Origin: Pseudothermotoga sp.
GTDB lineage: Bacteria > Thermotogota > Thermotogae > Thermotogales > DSM-5069
Assembly: GCA_041640575.1 (NCBI GenBank)
Contig: JBEPZZ010000005.1
Location: forward strand, 10,368 to 74,367
Direction of reading: 5' to 3'
Length of the DNA: 64,000 nt
Positions 59,124 to 64,000 of this stretch are shown in pieces. Position 1 is the stretch's first letter. Each line of letters opens with the position of its first letter. The notes below the pieces were generated by a model. It made no database searches and was not told where the DNA came from. It saw only the letters and a program-made list of their open reading frames with translations. The translations under genes and the position numbers were made by a program.

Positions 59124-59532
59124 GAATATGTCAAAAGGTGCATATATTCTATTGATAAATTTACCCACAGATTGTCTGATAAAATCAAAAGCAAGTTCTT
59201 GGCAACTTTCCAGGGGATTTTATGCCTACGTTGGATCTGCAATGAACAACCTTGAGAAACGTGTAGAAAGACATCTTCGAAAAGATAAGAAAAAACATTG
59301 GCACATAGATTATTTGCTGGAAAAAGCAGATATATTCTTGGTTTTAATGATACCTTCGAGTCATAGAATCGAGGAAATGTTATCTCACCACCTTGAGAAG
59401 TTTTTCAAGCCAATAAAAAACTTTGGTTCAACAGATATTGACACCACCGGCAATCTCTTCTTTATCCCATCGCCAGAACAACTCCTAAATATTATACAAA
59501 GTTTTATAAGAAACTTCGTCTTATCTGAGTGA
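59104..59532 (+). CDS. DUF123 GIY-YIG nuclease family protein
   Basis: GAYIL, GFYAYVGSA, RVERH, HWHIDYL, FGSTD. Confidence 0.88.
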   Translation: MPRNYFKNMSKGAYILLINLPTDCLIKSKASSWQLSRGFYAYVGSAMNNLEKRVERHLRKDKKKHWHIDYLLEKADIFLVLMIPSSHRIEEMLSHHLEKFFKPIKNFGSTDIDTTGNLFFIPSPEQLLNIIQSFIRNFVLSE

Positions 59533-59617
59533 TAAATTTATCGCCAATAGCTTTATTTCGACAATCCAGGAAAAACTCATATCACAAAGCAATCAACCAA
59601 ATGGTCTATTTACATCG

Positions 59618-61024
59618 CTAAATTAATATTTCTTTCATTTCCTTCTCCATTTTTTCATCAACGATGTTGAGTTTTCGTTTTTCTTCAAGGTATTTAACTA
59701 ACGAGTAATGCAATGATGGTGTCAACGGAAACCTCCACGTAGCAACTGCCGATATCAACAATAGAATCAATGGTGCGAAACTCAAAATGAATCTGATAGC
59801 TAAAACGACCGCCTGAGGTTGTGACTCAAGTGTAGGATCGTAACCAGCAGCACCGAGAATGTAAAGTATCACTGATTGGGTAACTGCCGAGGCTATTTTT
59901 CTCACAAAGGTTATCAAGCCACTAAGTGAACCCTCACGCCTTTCTCCGAACGCAAGTTCACCTACGTCAGCTACATCGCCAAACATAGCATGTGGCATTA
60001 CAGCAACCGCTGAAACTCCTGCACCTACAAATGCAGCCATTCCTACAAGCAAGTAAGCCGGCAAGTAAGGTTTCGCAATCAAAAAGATTGAAATGGCCCC
60101 AGCAGACCATACAAGGAACCCAACGAACCATGAAAATCTCTTACTTTTCTTTCTCGCTATAAAGGCATATATTGGAAGAAAAATTATTTCCGTCAAAATC
60201 AATGTTCCAAGCACCAAAGGAAGTAGATCTGGTTTGCGTATGTACCATCTCATAAAGTATGCAAAGATTATAGAAACAGCATCTATTGACAAGTAAGATC
60301 CTAAGAAAATCAGCAATAAAAGTCTAAAAGACTTAATTTTCAAGGGTTCGACAAACATTGCTTTGAGTTCGAATTTACTTGGGATGTTTGAAAATCCCTT
60401 TTCCCTAGTGAAAGCAAAAACACCTATCCAAGGAATGGCAAAAATGGTCCCAAAGACTAAGCCCATATTGAAGTATCCTTTTCTAACATCTGAAGCGACA
60501 TTCACAATGATCATAGGCAAAACAGCACAAAACAGCGAGGAGAACAACGAGAAAAACAACCTTATAGAATTCAGTGATGTTCTTTCATGATAGTCAAGGG
60601 TAATTTCACCTGCAAATGCCTGATATGGAACCATTATCAAAGTTGTAATTGTGTTTAAGAACACATAAGCGAAAAGCACATAAGAGAACTTTGCTATAGT
60701 TGAACTAAAGTCAAAGACTACCCAAAGCATCAGGAAGGATAAGAAAACCAGCGGGAAGCCGAAGAGAAAGTATGGTCTTCGTCGACCCCATCTTGTTTTA
60801 GTTCGATCAGTTATCATGCCCATCAAAGGATCTGTAACGGCATCCCAAATTTTTCCTATCAAAAATACCGGTGCAGCCAGTCTAGGATCAAGTCCAACAA
60901 CATCCGTTAGAAAGACTGCATAGAAGAAGTTTACTATGTTGAAAACGCCCCCACCATAAATATCTCCAGAGCCAAAAAAGATCTTTGTTCTTAATGGAAG
61001 TTTCTCAGTCATACCTGAATTCAT
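59618..61024 (-). CDS. GPH-family (MelB-like) sugar:cation symporter
   Basis: WDAVTDPLMG..DRTKTRWGRRRPY, ERTSL, DVADV, RREG; ATG at 61024. Confidence 0.92.
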   Translation of the reverse strand: MNSGMTEKLPLRTKIFFGSGDIYGGGVFNIVNFFYAVFLTDVVGLDPRLAAPVFLIGKIWDAVTDPLMGMITDRTKTRWGRRRPYFLFGFPLVFLSFLMLWVVFDFSSTIAKFSYVLFAYVFLNTITTLIMVPYQAFAGEITLDYHERTSLNSIRLFFSLFSSLFCAVLPMIIVNVASDVRKGYFNMGLVFGTIFAIPWIGVFAFTREKGFSNIPSKFELKAMFVEPLKIKSFRLLLLIFLGSYLSIDAVSIIFAYFMRWYIRKPDLLPLVLGTLILTEIIFLPIYAFIARKKSKRFSWFVGFLVWSAGAISIFLIAKPYLPAYLLVGMAAFVGAGVSAVAVMPHAMFGDVADVGELAFGERREGSLSGLITFVRKIASAVTQSVILYILGAAGYDPTLESQPQAVVLAIRFILSFAPLILLLISAVATWRFPLTPSLHYSLVKYLEEKRKLNIVDEKMEKEMKEILI

Positions 61025-61203
61025 ACAATCCCCCCATTTATCTAAAGGGTAACAGAAAATCATCAAAAATCCAAGAGATCTTACCACTATGAAAACAAAA
61101 GATTTCCATAGAAAAACAAAGAAATTAAGAGAATCCTCGCGATAAATTCATATAAACATTCATAAAGAGTCCTTTTTCTGTACAGATCAAATATGTCTTT
61201 GTT

Positions 61204-61233
61204 TTGACAAAGTGGTATTACCTGTTTTATAAT
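61204..61233 (+). promoter_or_regulatory. Near-consensus promoter with a putative GntR/FadR-type operator in the spacer
   Basis: TTGACA-N18-TATAAT; GGTATTACC palindrome within the spacer. Confidence 0.7.
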
Positions 61234-61266
61234 TTTAAACGACACTTAACTAAGGGGGGGAGTAAT

Positions 61267-62526
61267 ATGAAGAAGATTTTAACTATCCTCATGGTCTTAG
61301 TAAGCATTCTGCTTCTAGCTCAAACCGTCAAGGTTCTTCTCTGGGATGATGCATTGACCCAAGCTCTGAGGCAAGGGCTTCCAGAATTCGAAAAAGCCAC
61401 TGGAATAAAAGTGGAATTAGAGTTAGTTCCAAGTGGTACGCTTTTGCAGAAAACGCTAATAAGCGTCACTGCTAAATCTGCAGATTATGATCTAATAGCT
61501 GTTGATGAACCCAACATACCACTTCTTGCACCACTTCTACTTCCATTTGGTCAGTGGCCCGAGACTAGATTCTACACAAGACCCAGTATGGCAGATATAA
61601 TGCCTTTAGCTTTCGCAGCAGGACAATGGAAAGGACAATTCATGGGTTTACCAGTTAACGCAAATGTCTACATTTGGCTAACCAGAAAAGATTTGATCGA
61701 AAAGTACAAAGATGAATTCAAAAAGGAATATGGTTATGAAATGAGAGTACCCAGAACACTTCAAGAACTGCTGGATATGGCTAAATTTCTCTCGAAAAAA
61801 GGTATTTATGGTTGGGCACCGTTCACGAAGCCAACCGAAGGTGGTACATGCGAAGCAATTTGGATGTTCGAAAGTTTTGGAACAAGTGTTCTGGAAGTCA
61901 CTCAGACTGGATACAAAATTGTACTCGATAAAACAAAGGCAGTCCAAGCAATCAACTTTTACAAGGAATTGCTCAAGTATGCTCCTCCTGGCGCTTTGGA
62001 CTATGGGCATGCCGAACGTGTAGCTGCTTTCTCACGAGGCGAGATTTTTTCAATGTTTAATTGGCCCGCTCTTGTTCCAGATATTGAAAATCCTGACAAG
62101 TCCCTCGTATATGGAAAAGTGCTCTATACTGCCCCACCGGCTGGTCCTGCGAAGACAGCTGCCATAAGGGGTTGTTGGATAGTGGCAATCCCATTGGCTG
62201 CAAAAGAGAAATCAGCAGCTGCTGAGTTTGCTTATTGGTGGATGTCGATCGAAACAGGTAAGAAATTGATACCAGTTGGTTTGACACCGGCAAGGGAATC
62301 ATTGCTTAGGGATCCAGAGTACATTAAGACAAGGCCATGGTTTGAAGGTATCTATCTTTCGATGCAATATGCCGTAGAGAGACCACGATTTGAACGCTAT
62401 CCAGAAGTTTCTGAAGCTATACGAACAAATTGGTTAGACGCTATTTCTGGAAGAGTTTCACCTGAAACGGCAATCGACAAAATGGTGGAAAAAATCAATG
62501 AGATACTTAAGAAGTATGGGTACTAA
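61267..62526 (+). CDS. Sugar ABC transporter substrate-binding protein
   Basis: Signal peptide, FEKATGIKVELE, YDLIAVD, RKDL, PRTLQEL. Confidence 0.9.
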   Translation: MKKILTILMVLVSILLLAQTVKVLLWDDALTQALRQGLPEFEKATGIKVELELVPSGTLLQKTLISVTAKSADYDLIAVDEPNIPLLAPLLLPFGQWPETRFYTRPSMADIMPLAFAAGQWKGQFMGLPVNANVYIWLTRKDLIEKYKDEFKKEYGYEMRVPRTLQELLDMAKFLSKKGIYGWAPFTKPTEGGTCEAIWMFESFGTSVLEVTQTGYKIVLDKTKAVQAINFYKELLKYAPPGALDYGHAERVAAFSRGEIFSMFNWPALVPDIENPDKSLVYGKVLYTAPPAGPAKTAAIRGCWIVAIPLAAKEKSAAAEFAYWWMSIETGKKLIPVGLTPARESLLRDPEYIKTRPWFEGIYLSMQYAVERPRFERYPEVSEAIRTNWLDAISGRVSPETAIDKMVEKINEILKKYGY

Positions 62527-63397
62527 GAAGAGAGGGGGGGTCACCCCCTTCTTTGTATTCATTTTCCCAGCCTTGTTAGTCCTTGGAATAATTCTTTTAG
62601 GCCCGATGATTTACGCGCTTTCTATTTCTTTTACAAACAGGGAGCTTTTGTACCTCGGCACGACAAAGTTTATCGGAGTAAAAAACTACATTGAAATGTT
62701 GAAAGATAGAAATTTTTGGCATGCGCTTAAATTGATGCTTGGTTTCCTAGGGATAGCATTGCCAATAGAAATTGTGCTTGGCTTCTTCGTAGCATTGCTT
62801 TTTACAAAAGATTTTCCACTGAATCGCATTCTAAGATCTCTTTTGATGCTGCCAGTTTTTGTTCTCCCAGTTCTTTCGGGACTTACTTGGCGTCTGATGT
62901 TGCAGCCAAGGTATGGTGTTTTAGCCGAAGTTGTCAGACTTTTCTCAATTGGTCCAACTGCTTGGCTTGCCGATCCAAAATACTCATACCTTGCTATCCT
63001 GCTTCAAGATATATGGAGAATGTGGCCTTTTGTTTTTATCATCATGTATGCTGGGCTAAGTTCTCTTCCCTCAGAATACGTTGAGGCTTCCCTTGTGGAT
63101 GGAGCAAGTTTTGCTCAGAGGTTGTTTTACGTCTTGATTCCCATTATGAAACCGGTTATAACAATTGCATTTCTGTTAAGAATGATAGATGCTTTGAGAA
63201 TATTCTCAGAGGTATATGTCATGACTTACGGAGGTCCATCCAATGCCACAATGCTACTGTCACTATATATACACAAACAAGCTTTCGAATTTGGAAAAAT
63301 CTCATACGGATCTGCAATGGCTATATTTCTTCTGCTTATTGCTTTAGGCATATCCTATTTTGCTGTACGCAAGGGATTGCGTGGTGATTTGGTTTGA
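62498..63397 (+). CDS. Sugar ABC transporter permease
   Basis: FIGVKNY, DIWRMWPF, EAA loop VEASLVDGAS, TYGGP; start may be the ATG at 62516. Confidence 0.92.
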   Translation: MRYLRSMGTKKRGGVTPFFVFIFPALLVLGIILLGPMIYALSISFTNRELLYLGTTKFIGVKNYIEMLKDRNFWHALKLMLGFLGIALPIEIVLGFFVALLFTKDFPLNRILRSLLMLPVFVLPVLSGLTWRLMLQPRYGVLAEVVRLFSIGPTAWLADPKYSYLAILLQDIWRMWPFVFIIMYAGLSSLPSEYVEASLVDGASFAQRLFYVLIPIMKPVITIAFLLRMIDALRIFSEVYVMTYGGPSNATMLLSLYIHKQAFEFGKISYGSAMAIFLLLIALGISYFAVRKGLRGDLV

Positions 63398-64000
63398 AAA
63401 GGAAACTGAACAAAAGTATGATTCTTCTAGCAGCGTTGATAATTGTCCTTGTAGAGCTTTTTCCAATAGCAGTTATCATTTTCAACGGATTTAAAAGGGA
63501 CATAGATATTTGGAGTCGAAATCCATTTTACTTTAAACCTACTTTGAAAAGCTACGTACGAGTATTTGAAAGCTTGGATTTCAGAAGAGCCATGAAAAAT
63601 TCTTTTCTTGTCGCAACTTCTTCAGCTTTAGTTTCTGTGTTTCTTGGTTCTGTGGCTTCATACGGACTTAGCAGGTTCAAATACAAATTCAATGAAGGTA
63701 TAATTTTTGCGTTACTTATGCTCAGAATGGTTCCTCAAATTTCTCTTTCGATTCCGTTCTACATGATTTTTAGAAATATCGGATTGAAAGATACAACGCT
63801 TGGTTTAACTCTTGCACACATAAGTTTCAACCTGCCATATGTAATTGCCCTTTTACTGCCTTTCTTTTCCAGTATTCCAAGGGAGTATGAAGAAGCAGCA
63901 AAAGTCGATGGATGTAAAGGTTTTCAAATCTTCTTAAAGATCTTTTTCCCGTTGGCGTCTGCTGGACTAGTAGTCGCTACAGTCTTTGCTTTCATAATGA
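63394..64000 (+). CDS. Sugar ABC transporter permease (partial, runs off the window)
   Basis: TTG at 63394 overlapping the previous stop; open to the window end; ASYGLSRF, FNLPY, YEEAAKVDG. Confidence 0.9.
   Translation, partial: MKRKLNKSMILLAALIIVLVELFPIAVIIFNGFKRDIDIWSRNPFYFKPTLKSYVRVFESLDFRRAMKNSFLVATSSALVSVFLGSVASYGLSRFKYKFNEGIIFALLMLRMVPQISLSIPFYMIFRNIGLKDTTLGLTLAHISFNLPYVIALLLPFFSSIPREYEEAAKVDGCKGFQIFLKIFFPLASAGLVVATVFAFIM

Noticed and set aside
59104..59532. GIY-YIG gene as a mobile homing endonuclease
   Set aside because: Matches the stand-alone cellular DUF123 type; no intron/intein context or flanking repeats
62527..62554. G/C hairpin after the SBP gene as a terminator
   Set aside because: Lies within the 5' end of the permease ORF; more likely the usual mRNA-stabilising stem after SBP genes

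Overview
Compact, gene-dense core-genome segment (~40% GC by eye) from a Thermotogae bacterium, most likely Pseudothermotoga/Thermotoga-like. That call is inferred from tRNA-Arg(GCG), a DDPR-type MurE, hrcA-grpE-dnaJ without dnaK, GGTGA-type RBSs and a treEFG-treT-treR cluster. Contents in order: a ~9.3 kb minus-strand run (DUF4912, GH57 branching enzyme, porCDAB, pncA/pncB, pdxS/pdxT, degenerate GGDEF protein); rqcH, nfo, DUF72, acpP; murE-murF-mraY; a CIRCE-controlled heat-shock operon; a trehalose ABC/TreT/ROK cluster; csaB; a flagellar hook/motor/switch operon; ppx; tRNA-Ser and tRNA-Arg; frr-uppS-cdsA-alaS; a 1 kb intergenic gap; rlmN-PASTA-rsgA-rpe-rdgB-leuS; a MoxR AAA+/VWA operon; a divergent DnaN-like gene; ddl; a phosphomutase; a GIY-YIG protein; a GPH symporter; and the start of a second sugar ABC operon. 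No mobile element, prophage or CRISPR array was seen. Best leads: (1) a ~105 nt candidate small RNA in the leuS-frr gap with an anti-Shine-Dalgarno C-rich tract, its own terminator and a 10-bp tandem repeat upstream of its promoter that resembles one at the DUF4912/GH57/por promoter; (2) a divergent sliding-clamp paralogue; (3) a GGDEF-fold protein lacking the catalytic motif but with an intact I-site; (4) a MoxR/VWA module with an apparent ATA start and HHxxH in place of HExxH. All calls come from reading motifs by eye; no searches were run.
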